A stretch of 64,000 nt of DNA, from the NCBI GenBank assembly GCA_951406725.2, contig OX597819.1, forward strand, positions 31,744,001 through 31,808,000, read 5' to 3'. A program made the translations under genes and the position numbers. The stretch is from Octopus vulgaris (taxonomy: Eukaryota). Of the stretch, positions 12,059 to 26,044 are shown in pieces; within the stretch, counting starts at the first letter, position 1; every line of letters starts with the position of its first letter. Under the pieces are notes generated by a model that was given only the letters and a program-made list of their open reading frames with translations, was not told the DNA's origin and searched no databases.

Positions 12059-12475
12059 GGCGGCGAGCTGGCAGAATCGTTAACATGCCAGGCGAAATGC
12101 TTAGCAGTATTTCGCCCGTCTTCACGTTCTGAGTTCAAATTCCGACGAGGTCGACTTTGTCTTTCATCCTTTCAGGGTTGATAAAATAAGTACCAAATGA
12201 ACACTGGGGTCGATGTAGTCGACTCATCCCCACCTCCCCCAAGCTGCCTTTTTGGCAAAAATTTGAAATAATAATAATAATAATAATAATTAAGGCTGCG
12301 AGATGGCAGAAACGTTAGCACGCCGGACAAAATGCATAACGGTATTTCGCCCGTGGATACGTTCTGAGTTCAAATTCCGCCGAGGTCAACTTTGCTTTTC
12401 ATCCTTTCGGGGTCGATGTAATCGATTATTCCTCCTACCAAAAATTTCAGGCCTTGTACTAATAGTAGAAAGGAT
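12059..12475 (+). mobile_element. Two adjacent older family A SINEs (12059-~12268 and 12294-~12475)
   Basis: Two GGC(G/T)GCGAG heads with B-box and central domain, and (AAT)n/(ATT)n tails. Confidence 0.8.
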
Positions 12476-13226
12476 TATTATTATTACTATCATCATCATC
12501 ATCATCACTATTATTTATTACTAATACCGGACAATAATATTTAGCTACACACGCAGCACTTCACTTTTCATTCCCTGTCACCCGAAGAGGATTTGGTAAA
12601 TTTATTTTCTTTAATGAGTTAGTTAAAAGGCATGGAAATAAATCAACGGCCGTTTTCAGGTCTTTCTAGGATGATAGTAGGGGGGGGGAGGGGAAGACAT
12701 GAAGCAGAGACTCGAGGCTTGTTTTCGAAGGGTCAGTGAAACCCAAGGATACAGCCCCTACCCTTCTAGATTAAATTATTACAAAAGAAATACTCTAACA
12801 AAAAAAAAAAAAAAAAAAACTATGAAAGAGTGTAATTCGCCAAAGACAATGAATAGCCTGGAAGAGGTGTTAAACAAGGTGACGGTTTATGTCTACTACT
12901 ATTATCTACACACACACACACATCGAGAAATACTAACACCCACTTTCAGATATTGCACACACACACACTAAGAGGCACATACGTTACAAACACTAACGCC
13001 CACATACAGAAACACGAATACTCTCCCTCCACCCACACACACATATTCACATATTTGTAACATCTAAAGTTTGAAAACGACAAAAAAAAAAAAAAGATGA
13101 GAAACAGGAAAAAAATGATTACATTAAAGATCAAAGAAAGAAAAGAAAAATCGAAAATTGAACACTAAATCACAAAGCAGAAATAATTATATGAAGATCT
13201 TCAGAAAGACATGAAAAGGAACTTTG

Positions 13227-13273
<47 letters not shown>

Positions 13274-13967
13274 CAGAAGCTATGTGTCGGTCTATCTGTT
13301 TATTTATCAGCCTGTCCGTCCGTCCGTCTGTCTGTCTGTCTCTCTCACTCTTGCTCTCTTCTCTGCCTACTTGTAAATTGTATATTTCGTACATACGTGG
13401 AATACACGTGTGTGAATATCCACATTGTTACACACCTGTAGCTTAAGTATTTCTGAGCATGTACATACACACACATATATATATATACATACATTAACAC
13501 ATATGCATATATACATACACAACATAAATATACAATTATATATTTACTCATATACTTAAAAGCAGGGTTATAAACCAAACACAAGCACAATGTTGTATGC
13601 ATATGTGGATATATGTAAATTAATGCGTATGTTTCTAAAGAATTGAATACACAGACCCATCGAAATTCATGTCTTTACATTTGTGTATCTGCGTGCATAT
13701 GTTTATTGTTGTGGTCGACAGTAATCTCTGATTGACCACGAGAGCCAACGTCTGTGGATCGACAAACGACCAATACGAGATCCATGGCTTGGAGGAAGAC
13801 CTGTTTATGGAGTTGAGCCATTTTCACTATCTTTAACAGTGGAAGAAATACATTGGTCCAGTGGCATGAACTCCAAGACTCCTGGACGTAGCAAACTTTG
13901 ACAGATATCATCCACCAATCACAAACTGTCAACAGTTTTTGAGAAGTTTCCGTTTGTTCTCCTAGAC

Positions 13968-14333
13968 CAGTGGTTCTCAACCGGGGTCCACGTGACCCCT
14001 GAGGTTCCATATAAGATTTTTGGGGGGAGGGTCCACGCAACAAAATAGTAGATTGGGGCCCCACAATAGTATTTTAAGAGCCCATCAAAAGATTTTGCTT
14101 TAGATATATGCATTGGTATGTATTGCAAGAAACAGCTAGGTATTTTTCCTCTAACATTTTACATAGTTCAACCTAGACGAATTAATGAGTGAAAAAGAGA
14201 AAAAGGAATTTTGAAAGAAGTTTCTGTAAAACTAGTTTTTAAACATTGAATGGCTATAGGGGTCCACCAGAATAAAATATTAATCAAAGGGGTCCATGGA
14301 TAAAAAAAAAAAAAAAATGGTTGAGAATCCCTG
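13968..14333. mobile_element. hAT (Charlie-like) MITE
   Basis: TIR CAGTGGTTCTCAACC / GGTTGAGAATCCCTG. Exact 8-bp TSD TCCTAGAC at 13960-13967 and 14334-14341. Confidence 0.92.
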
Positions 14334-14560
14334 TCCTAGACTTTGGATGTAATCATAAACCAAGCATACGAGGCACTTGGACAATATGGCCCTTCGAGTC
14401 ACCAGGTTGAATCAGGGAATATTCTGTATAACATCCTTGTGTGTATGCTAGTGGATATGTGTTAGTGTATGAGTTACATGTGCGTGCGAGTGTGTATGTG
14501 TGCTTTAAAGGATATATATTAATGTATGTACGTATGCATAAGTACATAAGTTCGCGTTTA

Positions 14561-14843
14561 TACACTTTCTCCTCAACTTACGACCGAATTCCGATTCGGC
14601 TGACAGGTCATAAGTCGATCTGGTCGTAAGTCGGATATATATTTTTCAACACTATTTTCATTCAAATGCAACTAATGTTTGAAAGTGATTGAATGAAAGA
14701 CAGTAGCAGGCAGTGGATGTCTGGGCCCGAGGGAAGCATGCGTTGCCAAGATGCTGCCATAGTTATCGTACGCGCAGCTGCCCAACGTCCGAAAATCGAT
14801 TTATAATTAATTAATTTTTATGGTCGTAAGTCGAGGAGGTGTA
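14561..14843. mobile_element. Probable Tigger/pogo-like MITE
   Basis: Imperfect TIRs TACAC..CTCCTCAACTTACGACC / GGTCGTAAGTCGAGGAGGTGTA, with subterminal GGTCGTAAGTCG repeats and TA at both ends. Confidence 0.55.
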
Positions 14844-14862
14844 TATATATGAACAAAGGCAT

Positions 14863-15280
14863 GGATCTTTTCGGTTTGACCGGCAGTTTTTTCTAGCGGT
14901 GTCATATGAAATTGTCACCCATAATTATGACCCTAGTATCGATATATTGCATTTTAATCTGTTTAAGGGTTAGGGGTGGGGGGAAGGGTATTTTTTTTCT
15001 TCACAAATGTAAATAAATCCAATCTGTTTCTTAAACGAGGGACATATTCATACGGCACAATGTTTTTTTTTACCTCCATAGACGTCAGTGATTGGCTGAA
15101 ATTGCAGAAATTGAAGAAAAGAAAAAACAACAACAAATATCTTACAAACTATAGAATTTTCTCAATAAAGCCAAGAGAAAAAGATGTTTTATAAACACAT
15201 TCTACTAGTATACGAAGTTTAACATTTTTTAGTTACCTAGAAATTATGTTAAAAAACTGCCGTTCAAACCGAAAAGATCC
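14863..15280 (+). mobile_element. MITE family E (GGATC TIR, internal TTAGGG)
   Basis: ~28-bp TIR GGATCTTTTCGGTTTG(A)ACGGCAGTTTT / AAAACTGCCGTTCAAACCGAAAAGATCC. Confidence 0.92.
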
Positions 15281-15518
15281 CATTGCTCTGTGTGTGTGGT
15301 GGTAGTAGTGTATGTAAGAATTCTATTTACAAACGAAAAATAAATAAATAAGGAAAAGAAACATTTGTATGTATGAATGCTAAGAAGCCAGTTGTAAGAT
15401 GTTTTACACTAAGGCGCGCATACACGCATATATGCAACATATACGTAAAGATTATCAGTAATATATTCACTTAACCTATGTAAGTTATTCTCTCCACATG
15501 AATAACAAGCATGTGCGT

Positions 15519-15554
<36 letters not shown>

Positions 15555-15942
15555 ATACCTTGCTAGCTGGTCGCCTGTCAGTCAAACTATCCATCATTTT
15601 ATTATCTACCTGCCTGCCTGCCTATCAATGACGTCATCAGCTGGCTTATTTATATAACCATAAAATAACAGAGAACACGAGACACCAGCAAACACAGCCA
15701 TGAGAAGGAACACCTGTTTGTTTGTTTGTCCTACTGTGTCTTCCTGCTTAACACAAACTTTCTTCAGTCGTAGAGCCAGCCGCCAGCTTGGATTTCACTG
15801 CGAAGCATTTGACACAGCCCAACGTGTAATACAGAGATAGATAAACCACATTGGTGGCGGTGGCGGAGCTAGTAGAAGAAAGGAGTTATAACAAAATTTC
15901 GGAGCAATGTTTATACATATATTATACACAAATATAACTTGA

Positions 15943-16505
15943 AGGCGCGAGGCTCGGTGGTTAGAGCGTCGAGCCCACAGTCATGAGGAAGTGAGTTTGA
16001 TTCCCGGACCTATTTCTTTATTACCCACAAGGGACTAAACACAGAGGGGACAAACAAGGACAGATATAGGTATTAAGTCGATTACATCGACCCCAGTGCG
16101 TAACTGGTACTTAATTTATCGACCCCGAAAGGATGAAAGGCAAAGTCGACCTCGGCGGAATTTGAACTCACAACGTAACGCAGACGAAATACCGCTAAGC
16201 ATTTCGCCCGGCGTGCTAACGTTTCTGCCAGCTTGCCGCCTTTCCCGCATTCCCGGACCGAGGTGTGTTGGAATTGAAGGTGGTCAGAGCGTCGGGCCCA
16301 CAGTCATGAGGAAGTGAGTTTGATTCCCGGACTGAGGTGTGTTGTGTTCTTGAGCAAGACACTTTAAGGTAACATCGGTGGTATTGGAGAATAGGGCTGG
16401 CACGCATGGGCGACTGTTGGTCTTCCATAAACAACCTTGCCCAGACTTGTGCCTTGGAGGAAAACTTTCTAGGTGCAATCCCACGGTCATTCATGACCGA
16501 AGGGA
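15943..16505 (+). mobile_element. SINE family I (tRNA head), interrupted by a family A SINE, with duplicated head
   Basis: Head GGCTCGGTGGTTAGAGCGTC...GAGTTTGATTCCCGG at 15943-16010 and again at ~16279-16332, followed by TGTGTTCTTGAGCAAGACACTTTA. Confidence 0.65.
16007..16240 (-). mobile_element. SINE family A, full length, nested insertion
   Basis: Reverse complement of family A. Flanking duplication ATTCCCGGACC at 16000-16010 and 16249-16259. Confidence 0.9.
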
Positions 16506-16587
16506 TTCTTTTTTTGGAATAATGTGAAACCTTTCTCTAATTACCTACCATGTTAAGAAAAAAGTGATACATTATTGTTTTGTGTAG

Positions 16588-17016
16588 GGATCTTTTCGGT
16601 TTGAACGGCAGTTTTAACATAATTTCTAGGTAACTAAAAAATTTTAAACTTCGTATACTAGTAGAATGTGTTTATAAAACAATTTTTCTCTTGGCTTTAT
16701 TGAGAAAATTCTATAGTTTGTAAGATATTTGTTGCTTTTTTTTCTTCAATTTCTGCAATTTCAACCAATCAGTGACGTCTATTGAGGTCAAAAAAAAACA
16801 TTCTGTGCCGTATGAATATGTCCCTCGTTTAAGAAACAGATTGGGGTTTATTTACATTTGTGAAGAAAAAAGGATACCCTTCCACCCACCACTAACCCTA
16901 ACTAACCCTAACCCTAAAACAGATTGAAATGCAATAGATCGATACTAGGGTCATAATTATGGGTGACAATTTCATGACACTGCTAGAAAAAACTGCCGGT
17001 CAAACCGAAAAGATCC
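16588..17016 (-). mobile_element. MITE family E
   Basis: Same TIRs, with internal CCCTAACTAACCCTAACCCTAA. Confidence 0.92.
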
Positions 17017-17878
17017 AAAAATCTTACCTTGATATTATACCCCATACCAGTTGGTTATTGTAGCGCACACACACATACGCGCACGCGCGCACATATGCAC
17101 ACATGTTAAAATTTCGGTTTATTGATGAAGCGGGTTTGCACTGTCTACAATTCGCTAACGAAATCCAACAAGAATCAAAACATGTCTGCTGCTGTTAGTG
17201 TGTCCGCTAACAAAGATCAGATTTTTCCTTAAGCATGACAATATCCACTTAAAGAAAGCAGATATTAAACACATCAGAACGAAATCATATGGTCGTTCAC
17301 ACTATTCTCTCACCCACACGCTCTTTTCGTCAGCTTAAAAGTACACGATACACTCACAAGTCACATACACTCACACATATAGAGAGTGATAAGTCAATTA
17401 CTGAATAGAGATGCTATATACGTGCTTGCGTTCACAAATTCACACTCTGTTATAAATACAGACGCATACACGTGAGTGTGTGGGCGTGTGTGTGTATATA
17501 TAAATAAATAAATATATATATATATATATATCCTGAAATTGTTAAGCCCAGGCCTGAGGCGAGCCCCGATTGAGGAAACGCATGATCAAAGGCATTCAAG
17601 CTGTGAATCTCATCGATTTTACATCGACGAAAGAGGTCATTATCCAATGTGATATAGCATTTCCATTTTTTTTTTTTTTTTCATGAAAGATTCTACGGTG
17701 CTTGCTAAGAAAGCGATTCGACTTTTATGTTTAACGCTTTCCCATGTCCGATTGTGTGTGATCTTGAAGTAAAGAAGAAGAAGAAAAAAAAAAAAAGAAA
17801 CCGGTAAACATGTGTTGTTTACGAAGCTCACTTTTTAGACACATAGTTTCGGTTTCAGTTCCTCTACGCGGTACCTTA

Positions 17879-18095
17879 GGCGGTGAGCTGGCATAAGCGT
17901 TAGCACGTCGGGCGAAATGCTTAGCGGTATTTTGTTTGTCGCTACGTTCCAAGTTCAAATTCTGCCGAGGTCGACTTTGCCTTTCATCCTTTCGGGGTCG
18001 ATTAAATAAGTACCAGTTACGCACTGGGGTCGTTATAATCGACTTAATCCATTTGTCCCCTCTGTGTTTAGCCCCTTGTGGGTAGTAAAGAAATA
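17879..18095 (+). mobile_element. SINE family A inserted in an older family B SINE (~17820-18392)
   Basis: Full head and tail. GGTACCTT on both sides. The B sequence resumes with CTTGTGCAAGTGTCTTCTA. Confidence 0.88.
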
Positions 18096-18699
18096 GGTAC
18101 CTTGTGCAAGTGTCTTCTAATGGAGTTCCAGATTGACCAATTGCCTCGTGAATAAATTACTAGACGGGAAACTGCGGAAGTGTGTGTGTGTGTGAGTATG
18201 TGTGGATCATTATTCTTGACAACCGGTGTCGGTTTGTTTGCGCTCCCGTAACGCAGCAGTCCGATGAAAAGAAACCGATAGTTAAACCGACACTAAAAAA
18301 AAAAAAAAAAAGATTAGGTGGGGGGTTAATTTGTTCGACTGAAACCTTTGAAGGCGGTGCCCCAGCTTAGCCGCAGTCCAGCGACTGAAACAAAATGAGA
18401 AAAAAAAACTATTTCCGTTTTGAGCACAAATATTCCTGGTGTATTGATTTACTGAGAAAGGCATCAACATCACAAAATCTTTGTTGCTGCCTTTCCTATC
18501 TCGTTTGTGATGAAAAGAAAAATCCATGCCAATAAATAAATAAATCATTTATACATCTGCACACGCACACATACGCAATAGCACGCACACGTACAGTGGT
18601 GTGTATACACACTCACTCACATCATGCCAGTCTCACAATAGCGTATGTGTAAACACACACACACACACACACAGAGTAGCATACGCACACGCTCATAAC

Positions 18700-19180
18700 A
18701 GACAGACAATGATACATAACTAACACACACACAATGATATACAAATACATAGACACACACATTGATATACATATACACACATTGATATACAGATACACAC
18801 ACATACACAATGATATACAGATACACACACACACATACACAATGATATACAGATATACACACACACAATGATATACAGATACACACACAATGATATACAT
18901 ATACACACACACAATGATATACAGATACACACACACACACACACACAATGATATACACACACACACACACATATGATATACACATACACACACACACACA
19001 CACACAATGATATACAGATACACACACACACACAATGATATACAGATACACACGCACACACAATGATATAGATACACACGCACACACAATGATATAGATA
19101 CACACGCACACATACACACAATGATATACAGATACACACACACACAATGATATACAGATACACGCACATACATACAATTA
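18700..19180. repeat. Minisatellite CACAATGATATACAGATA(CA)n
   Basis: Roughly 15-20 units of 22-30 bp. Confidence 0.9.
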
Positions 19181-19424
19181 GATACAAATACACACACATT
19201 TTCAAACACACAGACAATGCCACACAGCGAAATATAGAATTAACAGCGCGCGCGCGCACACACAGAAACATACTCAGAAGCTCACACTTATTACTGGCAA
19301 CGGATAGACTAACACATACCCAAACACATACACGCACACACACACACACACATTCACACAGACCTGAATAAAGATATTTTATGGAAATCTTAATATGTCT
19401 TCATTTGAATTTAATGATACAGCT

Positions 19425-19843
19425 GGATGTTTTCGGGTTGAACGGCAGTTTTTAACATAATTTCTAGGAAACTAAAAAAATTTTAAACTTCGTATACTGG
19501 TAGAACGTGTTTATAAAACATCTTTTTCTCTTGGCTTTATTGAGAAAATTCTATAGTTTGTAAGATATTTGTTGTTTTTTTTCTTCAATTTCAACCAATC
19601 AGTGACGTCTATTGAGGTAAAAAAAAAAACATTCTGTGCCATATGAATATGTCCCTCGTTTAAGAAACAGATTGGGTTTATTTACATTTGTGAAAAAAAA
19701 AAGATACCCTTCCCCCCATCCCTAACTAACCCTAACCCTAAAACAGATTGAAATGCAATAGATCGATACTAGGGTCATAATTAAGGGTGACAATTTCATA
19801 TGACACCGCTAGAAAAAAACTACCGTTCAAACCGAAAAGATCC
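19425..19843 (-). mobile_element. MITE family E
   Basis: Same body and TIRs (left TIR diverged), with internal CCCTAA repeats. Confidence 0.9.
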
Positions 19844-20336
19844 GTGATATTTACCACCTTGCTCCACCACCATGATGATGAGCCGCCCTTCGTCACAATA
19901 AAACAAGTCCACGACCCGTGAACTTGCAACGGTATGGGTAGGATTCCTTCAGGCGGCTTTTATATACTGTCTACCATAGCTCAATAACATTTCTTTTCCT
20001 CTACTTTCCTTTCCTTTCTTTCATGACTTTCAGTCAAAGAAGACAAGAGTAGTAAAACTGGCGAAGGGGGAGGAGGAGGTAGAAACTACCGTTTATAGTT
20101 TATTGAAGTAGGAGGAAATGACACGTGATGAGCTTTATTTTCCCCCCACCATTTTTCTTTTTGTTTCGGTTTGTTACATTGATAAACCTAGTTTCTGTGA
20201 TTACAATAGAGTGGATTCCACTAAGGAACAGATTTTTAGGATGGCTGAAGAGATAGGGGGGGGGGGGTGTTAAACGAGGTGACGAATTTAACTGTCGTTA
20301 AATATACTGGAATCAACTTCACGTGCGCACACCGAG

Positions 20337-20417
<81 letters not shown>

Positions 20418-20477
20418 TGGCATAATTTGTTTTGACTCAAATGAGGATGATGATTTTTTTTTTCTGTTGATTTTTGT

Positions 20478-20638
20478 AGGTGGAGGCATGGCGGCTCTGG
20501 TTTAAGAAACTCGCGTTGTAAGTATGGGATTTTGAGTTCAATCTCACAGCGCGGCACCTTGGACAAAATGTCTTCTACTATGAGTCCGGTCCGACCTAAA
20601 CTTTGTGAGTGAATTTGGTAGACGGAAAGTATATATGT

Positions 20639-20676
<38 letters not shown>

Positions 20677-21205
20677 ACGCGCGCATCCCACCACTGCTTG
20701 ATAACCGGTGCTGGTGTATTTACATCCCCGTAACTTAGCGGTTTGGCAAAAAACCGATAGAATAAGTAAGTACAAGGCTTAAAAAAAAACTAAGGACTGA
20801 GATCGATTTGAAAATGTTACAGTTATCGTTTAACCGCAGCTCATCTAGGAGATTGATGCAGACGTATCTATGATCAAAGCCATTCCAGCCATAAACAAAC
20901 CAGCACCGGTTGTCTAGCGGTTGTGGGGGACATGTACGCACACACACACGCGTATATATATATATAAATATGCGACGGGCTTCCAGCCTTCGCCAGCGAA
21001 GTCTAATGTGTGTATGTTTGTCCGTCACTACCACTTGACAACCGGTGTTGGTGTGTTTACGTTTCCGTAACTTAGCGGTTCGGCAGAAGAGACGGATAGA
21101 ATAAATGTCAGGCTTTAAAACAGATACTAATGGGGTTCGATTCTTTCGATTAAAATTCTTCAAGACGGTGCCCCAGCATGGCCACAGTCAAATGACAAAC
21201 AAATA
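20478..21205 (+). mobile_element. Cluster of older family B SINE fragments (one short piece inverted at ~20894-20990)
   Basis: GGCACCTTGGACAAAATGTCTTCTACTAT, TTGATAACCGGTGCTGGTG and GGTGCCCCAGCATGGCCACAGTC blocks. Confidence 0.7.
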
Positions 21206-21696
21206 AAATATTAGAAGATAAAATAGACCATCCTGTGTTTGGAAATATAAACAAAAAGATCGCATATGATGCCCAAATATGAAATAGCAGCCAAATCTTC
21301 CTAAAACCATAAGGAATAAGAAGTACAGAGTACATTATTCTCTTTACGAAACAAACACCGAGGAAAGAAAGAAAGAAAGAAAAAAGGAATATGCTGGTCA
21401 TGGGTTCGAATCTATTGTCTTTGGTCATGAGTCTGCTTGATGGGAATTGTCCTGGAGTTAAACAACGACCACGCAAAGAATGGTAAAGGAGTTATGCAAG
21501 AAATCTAAAAAGCAAAAAGAAAATGTAAATAAACCGTTCGCGTGTGTAGGACGAAGAGTATTAAAATACACACACACACATATACACACTCACTCGCATG
21601 CTTGTGCAAGTGGGTGTACTTATATGAATTGCAAATATACATTGTGAGTGGGAGAAAAAAAAATATAATCACAAGCAAAACATATATATATATATA

Positions 21697-21713
21697 TTAC
21701 TTGTGAGTGGGAA

Positions 21714-21767
<54 letters not shown>

Positions 21768-21794
21768 ATAGATAGATATTACTTGTGAGTGGGA

Positions 21795-21833
<39 letters not shown>

Positions 21834-21863
21834 TGGATAGATAGATATTACTTGTGAGTGGGA

Positions 21864-21894
<31 letters not shown>

Positions 21895-21926
21895 GATGGA
21901 TAGATAGATATTACTTGTGAGTGGGA

Positions 21927-21957
<31 letters not shown>

Positions 21958-21989
21958 GATGGATAGATAGATATTACAATGTTGATTGA

Positions 21990-22021
<32 letters not shown>

Positions 22022-22104
22022 TCCGATGATATGAAGAAGAAAAAAAATGACGTTTCTATATAAACGCCTACACCCTATTATGTCTATATGTCAATGTTTA
22101 TGGA

Positions 22105-22158
<54 letters not shown>

Positions 22159-22232
22159 ATTCCGATGATATGAAGAAGAAAAAAAATGACGTTTCTATAT
22201 AAACGCCTACACCCTATTATGTCTATATGTCA
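21697..22232. repeat. Tandem units separated by variable (TA)n
   Basis: TTACTTGTGAGTGGGAACG at 21697, 21779, 21848 and 21911. A second ~72-bp unit occurs at 22021 and 22160. Confidence 0.85.
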
Positions 22233-23001
22233 ACTTTAACCACACTGTGTGTTTGTGTGTGTATAATTATTTATATGTATATATATTCACATACACCTAC
22301 AACTTTCAACTTCAACCACAGTGTGTTTGTATAATTATTTATATGTATGTATATTCACATACACCTACAACTTTCTTCTATGCTCATTTGTCCTACTCTT
22401 TCACTTATTCCTTCTCCGTCACTGTGTGTGTGTATGTGTGTATAACAAGAGGAAATTGTGTAATAAAAGTTCATTAGCTGTCTCTGGCATCGATATCGCT
22501 TTGCCTGAGCGAAACACACACACAAAGTATACGTGTGTATGTGTATATAAGCGTCGGCACACACGCTTACACCCCTGTGTCCGTATATTTTCACCCCTCA
22601 CATTCTCTCGGTACACACACACACACACACACACACATCAGCAACGCCTACACCCCCTTCGTGACTAATGTCCTCCCCCCTCTCTCTCTCTTTCTCCCAT
22701 TCGTTCGTCACTTGTCTCTCTGGATTATAACCACTAAGATTATTCTATGGCATAGGATTACTGTTAACGACAGCATCTAATATTTCATACGTCACCTTCT
22801 TCCACTCCGCCATCATTGGTACTCGCTCGCTCGCTCGTTTCTTCACTCCCACTCTCGTATATATTGTGAAATAATTGTATGTGGAGTCACAAACAATAAT
22901 TGGATTTATGTTTGAGAGGAGCGATGAATGTAAACACGATGCACATATATAATCGCCAACTAACCTTTGTAAGACTGTGTTGTTATTATTATTTATTACA
23001 A

Positions 23002-23620
23002 AGGTAGCGCGCTGGCAGAATCGTTAGCTCACTGGACGAAATGCTTAGCGATATTTCACACATCGCTACGTTCTGAATTCAAATTCCGCCGGAGTCGACT
23101 TTGGCTTTCATCCTTTCGGGGTTGATAAATTAAGGGATCTTTTCGGTTTGAACGGCAGTTTTTTCTAGCGGTGTCATATGAAATTGCCACCCATAATTAT
23201 GACCCTAGAATCGATCTATTGCATTTCAATCTGTTTTAGGGTTAGGGTTAAGGGAAGGGTATCTTTTTTTCTTCACAAATGTAAATAAACCCAATCTGTT
23301 TCTTAAACGAGGGACATATTCATACGGCACAGAATGTTTTTTTTACCTCAATAGACGTCAGTGATTGGTTGAAATTGCAGAAATTGAAGAAAAAAAAACA
23401 ACAAATATCTTACAAACGATAGAATTTTCTCAATAAAGCCAAGAGAAAAAGATGTTTTATAAACACATTCTACCAGTATACGAAGTTTAAAATTTTTTAG
23501 TTACCTAGAAATTATGTTAAAAATTGCCGTTCAAACCGAAAAGATCCAAATTAAGTACCAGTCAAGTACTTGGGTTCATGTCATCGACTTTCCCGATCCC
23601 ACCAAATTTCAAACATTCTA
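23002..23620 (+). mobile_element. Older family A SINE split by a family E MITE
   Basis: The A sequence ...GTTGATAAATTAAG | MITE | AAATTAAGTACCAG resumes after the MITE. Confidence 0.8.
23135..23547 (+). mobile_element. MITE family E with 8-bp TSD
   Basis: TIRs present, exact TSD AAATTAAG on both sides, internal TTAGGGTTAGGGTTAAGGG. Confidence 0.95.
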
Positions 23621-24261
23621 CCTATAATAGAAAAGATTATGGCGGCGAGCTGGCTGAATCGTTAGCACACCGGGCAAAGTGTTTAGCGGTATTTCGTCCG
23701 TCGCTACGTCCCGAGTACAAATTCCGCCGGGGTCGTGCTGTGGGTGGTATGTTGTGATGTGATATAATATCCGATTGTCTTTTAAAGGTAGTAAGGTGAG
23801 GTTTAAGAAAAATTTGATTACTATTTCTAACAGGCCTAGCAACTAGATTCATGCTTTAGTGAGATGTGATTTGAGGAAGATATGGCTGCTTCTGTTAGCA
23901 GATCAAGCTATTGGATCGAGGTTCTTCCACCATGAGCTCATCATTGTTGTCTAATTTTAAGGCAGCCCTCTATCGAGCAAATTCCAGAGTCACCCAATAA
24001 GGACGTCCCAAATTGTCGCTGTAGAGGGTGTAACTGAACCCTTATACACTCTGCTAGGGTCCTGACAAAATTCAAGGCGGTTGTGAATTAATTTTCTTTT
24101 CTCTGTAGAGAGGATTCTGTAATATACTCATATGCTTCTCCTTGGCTGTCCCAAAACCCACGACCGGTGTTCTAAATGAGCCATCTTTCTTATAGGCCCT
24201 ATACCTCATGTGTGTTGGTGTAGGCGGAGGCACACAGTACCAATATGTTTTTACACATGTA

Positions 24262-24829
24262 CTGGGTTGTCCGGAAAGTTCGTGCCGATTTATAGTAGCT
24301 TACTTTCGACTTATTTTAGAACATGGTTGAGTCCATAAAATAGGATTTGACTACACCTCCATTTAGAACACAGTTTAAGCTATCTTTTTGTGGAAGAAGA
24401 TTAATGTTTCTATAACCTGTGTTAATTCTGTAACCCTTTAAAATGGAAGATAAGAAAGTTCATTTTCGGCACTTGATGCTTTGGGAACCAGACAAAAATT
24501 GCTGCAGCTCGACTGGGATGTGTTACCCCACCCTCCATATTCACCAGATATTGCTCCTTCGGATTTCCACTTATTCAGGTCTCTGCAGAATAGTTTAATG
24601 GTAAAAAATTTCAATTCCTTGGATGACGTAAAAAGATACCTTGATGAATTCTTTGCCATGAAACCACCTCAGTTCTGGGAAGAGGGTATTTCCAAGTTAA
24701 AGGAAAGATGGAGATGCATTGTGCAACAAAATGGTTCATATTTGGTTGATTAAAAATGTAATAGCAAGTATTCATTGACCTTTTTTTTTTTTCCTTTAAA
24801 AATCGGCACACACTTTCCGGACAACCCAA
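24262..24829 (+). mobile_element. Internally deleted mariner transposon
   Basis: ~29-bp TIRs TGGGTTGTCCGGAAAGTTCGTGCCGATTT / AAATCGGCACACACTTTCCGGACAACCCA, TA at the left end, transposase remnants inside. Confidence 0.93.
24443..24753 (+). pseudogene. Mariner (DD34D) transposase remnant
   Basis: N-terminal MEDKKVHFRHLMLWE joined out of frame to a C-terminal piece containing WDVLPHPPYSPDIAPSDFHLF...LKERWRCIVQQNGSY (mariner YSPDxAPxD motif). Confidence 0.93.
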
Positions 24830-25554
24830 AAATATCTTAGTAGTTTGGATGTTAGAATCTGCTTTGTTCTCGACACACCGAAGCCTTTGTATACCTTTTA
24901 ATGATGGACATAAAAAGGAAATAAATGTTTGCAAACATGAATTGCAGTATGGTCGCTACTATGAAATATAATAAAGAATTTCTTTACTTAAGAGATATAA
25001 AAAGCCACAACTATTAAGGGTGTCATAAAGATCTTTCTACCCCGTGTGAGACTGAGTAGAATGATCTTTACGGACTATCTTCACAAAATTAACAGTTTTC
25101 AGCAAAGGACAGGAAATAGTTTTGATTGAGATTTAAAAGCGAAAATGTTACAGAACCGCCGACGAGGAGCCTCAAATTTGCTGAAAATTTGATTAACCCT
25201 ATAATAAACAGCCGATATTTATTTCATTGAATCCGATTGCTGGACGTGATTGGGGAATAGGCTCGACGTCACCTTGAATGATACTGAGAGGCAGGCACGA
25301 GACCACTACCGTCGCAGAGCACTAGTGAACTAGGTTGGCTCTACGCATGATGACGTTTTCGGGACAACTGACCTGGGGTGACCCCAACCCTATCAAGCAG
25401 GAGCACGAAGCAAAGCAGCAAAAGCAGAAAAAGTAGAGAAGGCAAGATTTGAACTCAAGATGTTGAAGGTCGGAAGTAGACAGTAAAGTAAGATATGTAA
25501 ACGGCCTTTCCAAACTATTCTGCTAAGATGTAGTCCTCAATAATTATGGAGTTA

Positions 25555-25920
25555 CTAGCAGTATCGCCCGGCGTTGCTCGGGTTTGTAAGGGAAATAACT
25601 ATAAAGCATTTTTAGAGAGTTATAGCCAAAAAATGGAAAAAAATTATGGTAAATTTTTTTTTAGTTAAAAAGGTCGAGTTGCGTCCTCTAGACAGTCTGT
25701 GGTTTGTGTTTCTGATTCTCGACCCCATGTCAAATTTATCGATTTTTTTCAGAACTGGGGGAACTTTTCAAAATTTTCGCTGCGTTAGTTTTGAATTATG
25801 ACATTGGGCTATGTGTGTGTCAAGTTTCATCAGAATCGGTTGAAAGCCGTGGTCAGGGTGAGGGTACAACCTAACAGACACACAGAAACACACACAAACT
25901 GCCGTTTATATATAGAGAGA
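25555..25920 (-). mobile_element. Non-autonomous Helitron
   Basis: On minus: A|TCTCTCTATAT... 5' end, 3' hairpin CCCGAGCAACGCCGGG then CTAG|T, no TSD. Second copy at 42963-43347. Confidence 0.85.
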
Positions 25921-26044
25921 TTACAAATTGATGGATAGTTGTCTAAATAAATAGCATAATCTCTCGCTTAATATAAAGTATAGTGTCTCTCTTAAAAAAA
26001 AAAAGGTAAAAGTTACGCTGGAAGTGATGACAATGAATTTCGTT

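Noticed and set aside
13700-13950. Unique exon-like island
   Set aside because: All frames after the candidate acceptor close quickly or give no recognisable protein.
21697-21990. CRISPR-like look (constant repeat with variable spacers)
   Set aside because: Spacers are only (TA)n of differing length, the context is eukaryotic, and there are no cas genes.
22021-22108. GAAACGTC (minus) resembling a minimal hammerhead
   Set aside because: No CUGANGA box or stem I upstream.
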